From assembly GCF_018977255.1 (NCBI RefSeq), contig NW_024704742.1, positions 76,200,001 to 76,264,000 on the forward strand: DNA of 64,000 nucleotides, given 5' to 3'. The DNA comes from Callorhinchus milii. Lineage: Eukaryota. The notes below the pieces were generated by a model, which had not been told where the DNA came from, did no database searches, and saw only the letters and a program-made list of their open reading frames with translations. This document shows, piece by piece, positions 53,889 through 64,000 of the stretch (position 1 is the stretch's first letter; each line of letters opens with the position of its first letter). Both the position numbers and the translations under genes were made by a program.

Positions 53889-53984
53889 GGTAATATTTTA
53901 TCAGTTTATCCTTCTTTGTCCTTTTTTGAACAGGGTTGCTTTGTTAACCGCTCAAGGTCCTCTGGCACAATATTCCTTTCTAAA

Positions 53985-54362
53985 GTTGGAAAATTATGGT
54001 CAGAACCTCCACTATCTGGAGGATAGAGATACAATATTTAAAATTCTGAAGGAATTCATTAAGGTGGATGTTTAAGCTGTTTCCTCTTGTTGGTGAGTCC
54101 AAAGTGAGGGAGCATAAATGTAGGCTAGCAAATAGCAGATCTAAAGGGGAGTTTAGGAGGAATCTCTTGACACAGAGTGTGGTGAGAATGTGAAACTCAC
54201 TGTCAAAAGCTATGATTGAAGCAAAATGTATTAACACATTAAAGAGAAAAGTTGATGCAGATAATGAGGGAGGGGGAAAGGGTGGGTGGAGGCTCATGTG
54301 AGGTCTAAACACTATCACAAACTAGTTGAACTGTTGTCGTGTTATAATCTCATCTAATTCTA
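53985..54362 (+). mobile_element. CR1 LINE 3' fragment
   Basis: FKILK...KLFPLVGES...FRRNLLTQSVVRM remnant and GAGGCTCATGTG 3' UTR (also seen at ~60283). Confidence 0.7.
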
Positions 54363-54871
54363 CATGTCTTCCCTGCCCTCCCTCCTCCATCTTCTACAAT
54401 GTTTACCATCTGGAAAGGGTGACTTTTCACTTTTGAGTTCCACTGACATTTTCAATTCCATTTCCACTTTGATAACCTATAGTTGCAAATTTTGTGAAAA
54501 TAAAGGCACAATAATTAATAAGCAACTGAGCATTACTTCATTCTTAATAATACATTTGTTACATTCCTTCCCAACTTTCAAAGATGCTTGTACAGGCCTT
54601 TACAGTTACATTTTATGATAATTGCCAGTCATTATCATACTCCCTGTTACCTAATCTCCCTTTTTGGAGATGAAGGATGCTGTAGTATAACAACAACATC
54701 TTGTGTTTATATAATACCCTTCACGTGGGGCAGCATCTCGGAGCGAGTAGTACTACTGTTTATTTTGCAGTTAGTTGCAGCAGTACTTGCACCAAAATAT
54801 CTGTTTATATATAATAAAATGCTATTTTAGTTAAGAAAGAAATGTCTGACACCTGTGGAAGCTTATCACCA

Positions 54872-55241
54872 TTGAGTCCTGCAATTCAGTGGTTAGAGCA
54901 TTCGCTTTGCAAGTGAAAGACCTGGGTTCGATTCCCGGCAGGGCAAAATGTTGGGCAAATTTCTTTACTCCACACACCTCTGTTTAACTAGCAGTAGATA
55001 GGAACCCGGTTGTTAGTCGATTGGCAGATTGCTTTTCCGGGGGTAAGAATTACTTTAAAAAAATTGGTCACTCAATCCATAGCTGTTTGTGGGACACTGC
55101 TGTGTGCAATTGGCTGCTGTGTTTTGCCCACAAAATATACAGTCAATTCACTTTACAGTACATTGTGTGAAGCGCTTTGAGACTTCTCAAAGACATGATA
55201 AGGCACTATATCAAATGCAAGGATTATTATTATTATTATTA
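54872..55241 (+). mobile_element. Full-length SINE, variant central module
   Basis: Head with GGTTCGATTCCC, GATAGGAACCCGGTTGTTAGTC insert, shared tail. Confidence 0.88.
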
Positions 55242-56471
55242 CTATGCTTAAGAGTATCCAAAGAGTATCCAAACCCACCTAAACATGGAAATTCCAGTGT
55301 CTGCAATAGAATACTCCATTCCAGACACAGTTTAAAACAGGTGGTTGCTCAGCCAGCAGTTTCTTTGATTGTTAAAGCAACAATCTGGACGTTTCCAACA
55401 GTAAAGTTCTTTTATTTGTTTACTGATGGATTTCCATTGATAAAGGAAACTCATGTTTTCAGCCATGTGTCAGTATATTTAAACCTGGCATTTGGGTTAA
55501 GCTCTGGTACCACTGGGAAAAGAGCCAAGTGTGTAACTCTGGCTGATATACAAATACCAGAAGTATCTGTTTGCTATTTAAAAATAACAAGTGACAATTG
55601 GAATAAATATATGACGACACAATTATGTTCTGTACTGACTCCACGGTTGATGAATGAAGTGCCCTGGCTGTGTAGACTAGTTATTGAATCTATAAATCTC
55701 TAAGGCTTTTTCGCCCACAAAATATACAGTCAATTCACTTTACAGTATATTCTGTGAAGCGCTTTCTCGAAGACGTGATAAGGCACTATATCAAATGCAA
55801 GGATTATTATTGTTATAAGTAATGCAATGTATTTTATTTGGAGTCTAGCCCCTCGTCCCAAGGAAAGCAGTTGCTTTTTAAGTATTTTGAGCGGCAATTT
55901 GCAGATGTGCTTCTTCGCGGTCAAGAATTATACAGGAATAATGGACACTTGGCAAGGGGGAGGCAAGCACCCAAGATTTGTGGAACCTTTCCCCAGGAGA
56001 AGAAAGTGGAGTCAATTATCTTTTGGAGAGGAGAGAAAATTATCATGAGAAAGGCACTGACTTCTGGGAAAGATGACTTTGGAATGCAAAATACAGGATG
56101 AGGAAGTTGTGAGTGTGAGCTGCAAAAGGGAAATTAAACTGGGGCATTGCAGACCAGAAAGGGCAGATTCACAGAGAGAGGGGTGTTCATTGTAGAATTC
56201 TTTGTCACTTCTACCTCCCCCCCATTATCGCTGTCACTCACTTTGGCCATTCTCTGACAACAAGCCACATGACAAAATTCTTAGAAACAGTAAAAATAAT
56301 ATAGAGGCATATCTGTAGCGTTGAACTCAACATCTGAAGAACAACTGGGGCAAATTCAGAGCCTGTGCAGCAGAGAGCGTTGCAGTAATGGCATGCATGC
56401 TGGACTTTGTAAGTCATCTTAAATCATCTAACCACATCTATCACAGCTTCGTTCTTTCTCTTTGTTCTCAG

Positions 56472-56656
56472 GCAAGCAGCAACTGTTATCTTGGGGACCG
56501 AACTGGCTAAGCAGATTCACAAAGAGATTGAGAGAGATGTGAAACAGTGGGTGGCAGGTGGCAACCAGCGACCTCAGCTTAGTGTCGTCTTGGTGGGAAA
56601 TGATCCTGCCAGTCACTCGTATGTCAAGAACAAGATCAAAGCAGCTGCGGCAGTAG
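56472..56656 (+). CDS. MTHFD2L: MTHFD2L coding exon 2 (methylenetetrahydrofolate dehydrogenase/cyclohydrolase)
   Basis: Polypyrimidine tract plus CTCAG acceptor; QAATVILGTELAKQIHKEIERDVKQWVAGGNQRPQLSVVLVGNDPASHSYVKNKIKAAAAV with the YxxxK motif; G|GTAAAG donor; 185 nt. GTELAKQIHKEI resembles MTHFD2L more than MTHFD2. Confidence 0.93.
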
Positions 56657-56763
56657 GTAAAGAGAGGCACCGCATGACCTAAGAGATCTATATCAGTAAC
56701 CTTCATCGCTGCTGTTAAATGTCACATCTAGAATGTAGGGTGCAGCCCACTACTCTTGAAGTA

Positions 56764-57401
56764 CATTAGAAGCAGCTTAAGCCAGGCACACCGGGGCTGG
56801 GCGTTTTGTCCGGCTTAAGCGGCATCCGAAGCTAACTGAATTTCTCTTACCTCACCAGCAGAGGAGCAGCAGCGGCACGGCCCTGCTTCCTTTGCCATTC
56901 CCATTGGATAGGAAGGGGACCAATTAGCGGCAGCTCCGAGGTGATTGACAGCCTGCAGCGGCTTGCGAATGTTTGGGCTCCACCCATTCAACCATTCACA
57001 ATCAATTGTGATTTGACTCCTCCTATTCCCTCCCTTGTTTCTTCCCCATTCCTCTGCCCTCCTCAATGATTGACAGCCCGAATCCGCTTGTGAATTGCTG
57101 GAGTCCGCTATCAATCAATGAATCAATGAATCAATGAATCAATCAATCAATCATAATTTGACTCCTCCCATCTCCAACCCTGAGCCGCTCGGGGCTGAGT
57201 GGATCCGCTCGAGACACAGAAGGGCCAAGTGAGTGCATTCAGCGACTTGCGTGGCATCTTGTCTGGATTAAGTGGATTTTTGTCTGAATTACTCGACATA
57301 TATAAAACAGGTAAGAATACAAATGAATTGGTACCGGGTGTTTTGTTCGATTTACCCAGCATCCAGAGTTAACCGGCGTCCGGCTAAAGCGGATTCCTCT
57401 G
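56764..57401. mobile_element. Tigger-like non-autonomous element in MTHFD2L intron 2
   Basis: TA flanks; imperfect TIRs CATTAGAAGCAGCTTAAGCC and CAGAGGAATCCGCTTTAGCC; subterminal GTCCGGCTTAAGCGG-like repeats at ~56808, ~57261 and ~57378; (AATC/AATG)n inside at 57109-57152. Confidence 0.65.
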
Positions 57402-57427
57402 TATCTCTCTTTTTATAAATTTTCATT

Positions 57428-57703
57428 GCTAACCTTCTTTCACCTCCATTGGTGGGCAGGCCTTCAGCCACTCTGCCCCCACCCTCAGGAATTCCATCCC
57501 ACAGTCCCTCCACCTTGCCCCCTCCATTGCCCACTTCAAGACCCGCCTCAAGACCCTCCTCTTTGACTGTGCCTTTGATCACCCTCCTTCCCTCCACCCT
57601 CCCTGATCCCGACCTCGCTCGGGTCCGAAACACTGATAGTCCAACGCCTTGGGATGTCCTCCCGACATGAAAGACGCTATACAAATGTAATTTTGTTGTT
57701 GTT
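57428..57703 (+). mobile_element. L2 3' fragment
   Basis: GGCAGGCCTTCAGCCACTCTGCCCCC...CGCTATACAAATGTAATTT(TGT)n. Confidence 0.82.
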
Positions 57704-58563
57704 TCAGCCTCAGATTGGGACTTTGAACTCACAGTCAAGGTATTCTGGGAGTCCTACATTGTCAAGGGTGTCATCCTTTCAATGATAAGTTAGATGTTAA
57801 ACCAACATCCTTTCTGTCTGTTCAAGTAGATATGGAAGATCCCGGTGTCCTGGTCAACAATGATATAGATATAATTGGTCATTTACTTCATAACTGTATT
57901 TGCGCAAAATTGGCTGCTGCATTTGCCTAAAAAATACACTGTGACTGCACTTTACAGTGAATAATAATAAGCCTTACATTTGGAATAGACTCATCTTGGG
58001 ATTTCAAATTCGCAGTCTAGGTTGACTCTCCAATGCGGTGTTCGGATATGTCCATTGTTTGAGTTGCTATCCTTCAGATGGGACGTTAAACCTGTTCAGG
58101 TGGATATAAAAGATCCTGTAACACTATTCAAATTCACTTCATGGCTGTTTTGGGGTCATTCCTGTGTGCAAATTGTCTGTACAATGTGCTTCATAGTACA
58201 ATTCTGTGATGCACTATGAGTCACCTTGATGATGTGATATGGCGCTAAGTCAAATGCAAGGATTATAATTATTATGATAAATTGATGTGACATGAGATTG
58301 GGTAGTCTGAATCGAGTTCCTGTTGGGTATGGGGCTCATGGCACTAATCTACTGTAGATTTGATATAGGTTATTAATGGACTGCATTCAAAGAAGCCACA
58401 AAGATAAGTGGGCAAGTAGAAATATTGTCACTGTTCCAATAGAGGATGGTATTTGAGATTGTGGTTAAAGCATCTGATATTTTTTATGTGATCAGCATAA
58501 AATAATCTCCATTACTCAGTGAACTGCATATCAGTATGTCCTTTCTTGTTCTTTTGCCTTCAG

Positions 58564-58686
58564 GCATTACCAGTGAGACAATTTTACGACCAGATAGTGT
58601 ACCTCAAGAAGAACTCGTGCAGCTGATTGAGAAACTAAACAGGGACCCGAAGGTCACTGGGCTCCTGGTCCAGCTACCTCTGCCAG
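58564..58686 (+). CDS. MTHFD2L: MTHFD2L coding exon 3
   Basis: TTCAG acceptor; (G)ITSETILRPDSVPQEELVQLIEKLNRDPKVTGLLVQLPLP; CAG|GTAAGC donor; 123 nt, phase 1-1. Confidence 0.95.
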
Positions 58687-59165
58687 GTAAGCTACAGAAC
58701 CATGAGAGTTACACTGTTACAATGAGAATGATTCAAGGAAAGGGATGTTTGTGGCCATTTTTGCCAGTTTGCTCCAGTACATGTCTGTAATATAGTATTT
58801 TACTAAAATAATTTTACTATGCCTTTCAGTTAGTCATTTCTATTTCATATCAGACAGGGTGCAGACAATACAAGTGCTGTCAAATCAGTTGAGTTCCGAC
58901 ACACATAATCAAGCTATACAATATTCTGGTCAGGCTCTCCACATTGAATGCTCTGTACAGTTCTGATCACCACAACCCAGGCCTTAGAGACAGTGAAGAT
59001 AAGAGAAACACAGATGATCCGAGGAATTATCTAAATTCAACAATTAGACTCTTTTTCCTTGAAAGGAGTTTTCAAAGGGGATGTTCAAGAGTTATACAAG
59101 ATTTTAAATGAGCCTGTCTGTGTGCACATATGAGAGGAGGTGGCCTGTCTGCATGTTCCAGTGAA

Positions 59166-59481
59166 GTAGAGTCCTGTAGCTCAGTGGTTAGAGCACTCGC
59201 TTTGCAAGCGAGGCACCTGGGTTCAATTTCAAACAGGGGAAACCTTGGTCAAGTTTCCTTACTCCACACACCTAATAATAATCCCTCCAAAACAAAACAA
59301 TAATAAATTGGTCATTTTCAATCCACAACTGTTTGTGGAACACAGCTGTGCGCAATTGGCTGTCGTGTTTCACCCACAAATATACGGTCAATTCACTTTA
59401 CAGCATATTCTGTGAAGCACTTTGAGATGTCTAGAAAATGTAAAATGCGCAATATAAAATACAAGGATTATTATTATTATA
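59166..59481 (+). mobile_element. Full-length tRNA-headed SINE
   Basis: Same head, body and tail as the other copies. Confidence 0.88.
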
Positions 59482-61360
59482 ACAGTGGGAGCACAGTTGG
59501 GTCTCTAAAACATCTTCAGTAAAGAAATATCCCCATGATGCCTGTTTAATTCAATTGTGGAATTGTTTTATCGAGTTGGTTCAGAGTGACTTCTGGGAAG
59601 CTGAGGCAATCACAAAAGCAACTAAAAATAAGTCAGTTCTGTTAGAGCAAAAAAGGAGGTGTAACTTTACTGATTATAATAGTGGTTTCCATGATGTGTG
59701 TTTAGCTATAGATTTTATCACAGAAGCCTTTTGTTAAGATGACCTGTAGTGTGAAGCCCATATCTTCTCATCCAACATTGCCTAACAATCTGTATGAACT
59801 TTGAGATTGAGCTTCTTGGAGCACTTAATAATGGTGGAGCCTGACGCCGAGCCAGGAACAGAGCGGAGGTGACCGTAGGCACGGTCGAAGAGGAAATTCT
59901 TCAGGTGTGATCTGAAGACAGACAAAGAGGGGGCAACGTGGAGGTATTGAGGTCAGGTCAGACTGACACTGACACATCTGGGCTCGATAAAACCAAATCG
60001 ATAAAACAATTCCAAGACTGAATTAAACTGTGAAAACATGGGGATATTTGTTTACTGAAGGAGTTGGGGCGGGCCTGCCCTTGGGATGAGATGTTAAATT
60101 AAGCTCCCCTCTGCTTGTTTTGATGGATGCTAAAATTCCATAACCTTATTCAAAAAGAAAAGGGATTTTCTCCTGGTGTCCTGATCACCAATCTTCCAGA
60201 TAAAATTGGTCATTCACTTCACTGTTTTGTAACATTTTGAGGATGTGATGAGGTGCTAAAGTTAGTTGAAGAAGTGCAGGAGGAGGCTCATGTGGAGCAT
60301 AAACACTGGTATAGATCAGTTGGACTGAATGGCCTGTTTGTGTGCTGTATAATTTGCGTAATTCTATGTAAATTGTTACTTTTCACTGCAAAAGCTATTG
60401 AGGAGATTGCAGCTTATTCGGAGGAAAAAACAAATGAATGACGTGAGCAATGATGTAAAAAAATTCCAAGGAATGCCGCACTTACACAGAAAGAAATAGT
60501 CCTGAATTGATTCCTGATTAATGCTTCTCATGTCAAGTTGGAGAGGAGCACACAGTGCAGCACTTCAGCTGAACACTGCCATATTTCTACAACTAGCCCG
60601 ACATCTTTTCTTTATATCCCAAACAATTGGATGTGATAATATATTCCTCATCATAACAATAATAATAGCAATCCTTCATTTGATATAGCGCATTACCATG
60701 TCATCAATACGTCTCAAGTGCTTCACAGGATTTAAGAGGTGAGACTATGTTATTTTGTGGGTGAAAATATCTAGGAACTCAACTTATCGGAATTTCATCC
60801 ACCACCCCCCTCCCCACTGTGTTCATGTGCACCTACTAGCAGGGAGCCGCTGGATACTGATAGGAGCAATAACTATCTCATTATTGCCTTCTTTAACACG
60901 GGGGCAATAAGGCCATATGTAGCACATCAGCTGTAACTGTTGCCCTTGCTGAGACTGAGATTAGAATGTGCGACTTGGATGTCCTATTTGTGTACTGGGC
61001 CATCAGAGGAGCCAATGTTTTTCTTGAAACTCTTCTGGAAGAGTTGAGGCTTCAGGTAGCAGTACAGCTCAGAGTGATGTGCTGGGGTGAATTCTTAGGT
61101 GCAGGTTATGTCAACCCACACCACTAGATGGCATCAGAACCACATTACAATATAATTTTGTTGCATTGAAATCCGGGAACCCAGTGGAGTCGGATGAAGA
61201 TGGAGGTAATGGGTTCACAATGTTCTCCACTCAGCGTCTTTCCCTAGATAGACCTTTTCATTCACGCTTGATGTTCCATGGTAAGCAGTGCCTGTGGCCT
61301 CAATGTAGATTATTACTGAAGACTTATCATCTTCAAAGCTCTTCCCTCTTTGTCTTGCAG

Positions 61361-61513
61361 ATCACATTGATGAACGCTTGGTTTGCAACACAGTTGCCCC
61401 AGAAAAGGATGTGGATGGGTTTCACGTGATCAATGTCGGGAGATTGTGCTTAGATCAGGATGCTATGGTTCCAGCTACTCCAGCTGGTATCTGGGAAATT
61501 ATCAAAAGAACAG
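61361..61513 (+). CDS. MTHFD2L: MTHFD2L coding exon 4
   Basis: TTGCAG acceptor; (D)HIDERLVCNTVAPEKDVDGFHVINVGRLCLDQDAMVPATPAGIWEIIKRT with the family KDVDG motif; CAG|GTGAGT donor; 153 nt. Later exons were not found in the window. Confidence 0.95.
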
Positions 61514-62474
61514 GTGAGTAATTGAATGGAAACACAAAGATGCTGTTCTGAATATTGCCGCTGTGCCTACTAAACACCATCTGTTGAGGATCAATGCTAT
61601 TGTACTGGCGGGAGAGAAGCTGTGCAGTGGGAAGATGGTTTGATACTCCCTGAGCCACATTGCTTTTCTACCTACCTTTGTGACTTCCTCAAACCCTACT
61701 AACCTGGTTTCTTCAACTTGGAATTCCTCCGACTCGCTCTCCTGCTCATTTTGTTCAAGGTCCGTCTCAAGATCTACCTCTTTGTCCCTGCTTTCGATCA
61801 ACTTTCCCCTCCCCAATTCCCTCGGTTCCCACCCCAAGCTTTGGTGCCAAGTGCCTTGGGACTCCTCCTGACATGAACAGTATATAAATGTAAATTTGCT
61901 TTCAATTTGACTGGGAACAAAAACAAACGGCCAGTATCGGCATCCTAAGCAAAATTTTATTTAATATTTCTAAAGAGCTGACCCTGCTCCATTCAAAGTT
62001 CCCAGGTTGTCCAATTGCCCACACCGGAGAATTTGAGAAGGAGATCCAGAGAGCGAGTTCAGTGCTTAATGTGCAGTGCAGGTGTGAATCATATTGCTCC
62101 TGATTCTCCAAGTGGAGTCGGGCACTGGGTTCAAGCAGGACTCCTGCTGCCGGAGACTCAATTTACACTGCAAGTTTGGTGGTGATTCACCTGGAGAATC
62201 GCAGGGATTCAATACGAGATTTATTAGCATACTAATAAATGTATAGTATTATACAAACACAGCAGATCACTCAAACCAGCCATTATGGTTCAGGTGGATG
62301 TTAAAGATTCCATGTCACTATTTGAAAAGAGAGTGGCCAACAATCCCCCAAAATTAAATTGGTCACCCACTCCATGGCTGTTTGTGGGATAATGCTGTGC
62401 ACAATTGGCTGCCCCATTTCGCCCACAAAATATGCAGTCAAAATATACTCCACCAATACAGGTGGAGTCTGCAT

Positions 62475-62769
62475 CCCTGTATACTGTAAAGTGAATTCAC
62501 TGTATATTTTGTGGGCGAAATACAGCAGCCGATTGCGCACAGCAGTGTCCCACAAACAGTTGTGGATTGAAGTGACCAATTGAATTTTTTTTCAAAAAGG
62601 AATTACCCCAGAAAAATGATCCGCTAATTGACTAACAACCGGGTTCCTACTTACTATTAGGTAAAGAGAGGCTAGTGGAGTAAGGAAACTTTCCCAAACA
62701 TTTCGCCCTGTCTGGAATTGAACCCAGGTCTCTCGTTTGCGAGGCAAGTGCCGAGCTACAGGACTCCAC
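62475..62769 (-). mobile_element. SINE with variant module, tail missing
   Basis: Head GTGGAGTCCTGTAGCTC on the minus strand; variant module at ~62630-62660. Confidence 0.82.
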
Positions 62770-62787
62770 TAGACTCAACAAATAAAA

Positions 62788-63102
62788 TAGCTCAGTAGTT
62801 AGAGCACTCATCTTGCAAGCGAGAGACCTGGGTTTGATTCCTGGCAGGGCAAAACCTTGGGCAAGTTTCCTTACTCCACACACCTGATAATAATCCCTCA
62901 AGAAAAAACAAAACAATAATAAATTGGTCATTTCAATCCATGACTGTTTGTGGGACACTGCTGGGCGCAATTGGCTGCCACATTTCATCCACAAAATATA
63001 CAATCAATTCACTTTACAGTATATTCTGTGAAGCGCTTTGAAACATCTAGAAGACATGAAAAGCGCTATATCAAATGCAAGGATTATTATTATTATTATT
63101 AT
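62788..63102 (+). mobile_element. Near full-length tRNA-headed SINE
   Basis: TAGCTCAGTAGTTAGAGC head to (ATT)n tail. Confidence 0.88.
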
Positions 63103-64000
63103 AAATAAGGAATGACTGTGATGGGAATGTGCTAAAAAATAGATTTCAAACCACAGGGACCTGTTCCAGTTTGAGTGAATTCCCTGTGTATACAGATTGG
63201 AACCAACTGGCCTCATTGATTCTATGATTATGTGCTGCTTAATAAAAAGGTGTAATCATGGGCAGTGGGCAAATTGCATGTCACTGTTTTGTACATCCCA
63301 CTGTATGTTTCTCTGCTGTCGGAACAGGAGGAATACTGTTGCTACTAACTGGTGCTATACCACCCAAAAGGACATTGGGAAAAATACTTGGAATTCTCGT
63401 GGGAACCCTTTTTTCAATAGACGTGTGGGTTTGTGTGCATGAGAGTGTAGGTGTGCATGCACAACCTTTTGTGAGAACAGAACATCTAGTGTGTTTATCA
63501 AGCACTGCTAGGTTAGTATAACCTAGGTATGAGCATGGCCAACATGCCTTAACCCCAGCTTCAGAAGGGTATCCGATTGCACTTTGTTCCCGGCATTTAC
63601 CACCCCGGCAATCCGTATCAGCCTTCATGAGCAAATCTGCTGGAAATGTGTGAACTTGTGCCAAATTGTGATGAAGTTTAGTGATGTGGGACCCACACCC
63701 TCTGTGGGCTGGTTTGAGATTGCCCAAACTTATTTCATATACATTTTTAAGTGGTTTTAGTCACCACCTGGCTGAGTGCTGAAGCCAGAAAATGTTCAGC
63801 TCTGTGAATAATCGTGCGTTGCCTCTGACTGCCGTCAGGCTCCCAAGAATGAAGGCAGGAGCCTGTGATCCATTGACCTCTAAAATAATCAACTAATTAC
63901 AAATCAAAATGCAACAATAAAGCTCCTTTCACATCGGGAAGATGTGCAAAGGCCCTGGACAGTCAGGGGTTTGTACCCCAGATGGGGGTAGGATTCCAGA

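Noticed and set aside
55089..55703. 204 aa ORF
   Set aside because: Begins within a SINE and crosses a retroelement piece; no protein similarity recognised.

Overview
Vertebrate nuclear DNA, very repeat-rich. The mix of DeuSINE, L2, CR1 and Penelope remnants suggests a cartilaginous fish (inferred, not proven). Two genes lie head-to-head. On the minus strand, RUFY3 has a conserved first coding exon (16301-16478) and a probable upstream alternative first exon in a small CpG island (30056-30323); its exon 2 was not found in the window. On the plus strand, MTHFD2L has coding exons 1-4 (40534-40646, 56472-56656, 58564-58686, 61361-61513) with consistent GT-AG sites and phases. The upstream RUFY3 exon sits between a 2.4 kb G-rich array and a 6.4 kb (CACT)n array with ~700 bp higher-order units. 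The remainder is mobile DNA: a young tRNA-Ala-headed SINE family, older DeuSINEs, L2 and CR1 LINE fragments, a decayed SPIN/Buster-type hAT transposon, Tigger-like MITEs and a Penelope terminus with a degenerate hammerhead. I found no clearly new biological system. The best leads are the satellite-flanked promoter, the RUFY3-MTHFD2L adjacency, the modular SINE, an intronic 86 nt hairpin and the transposon-built MTHFD2L upstream region. Family names are recognised from memory without database searches, and repeat boundaries are approximate.
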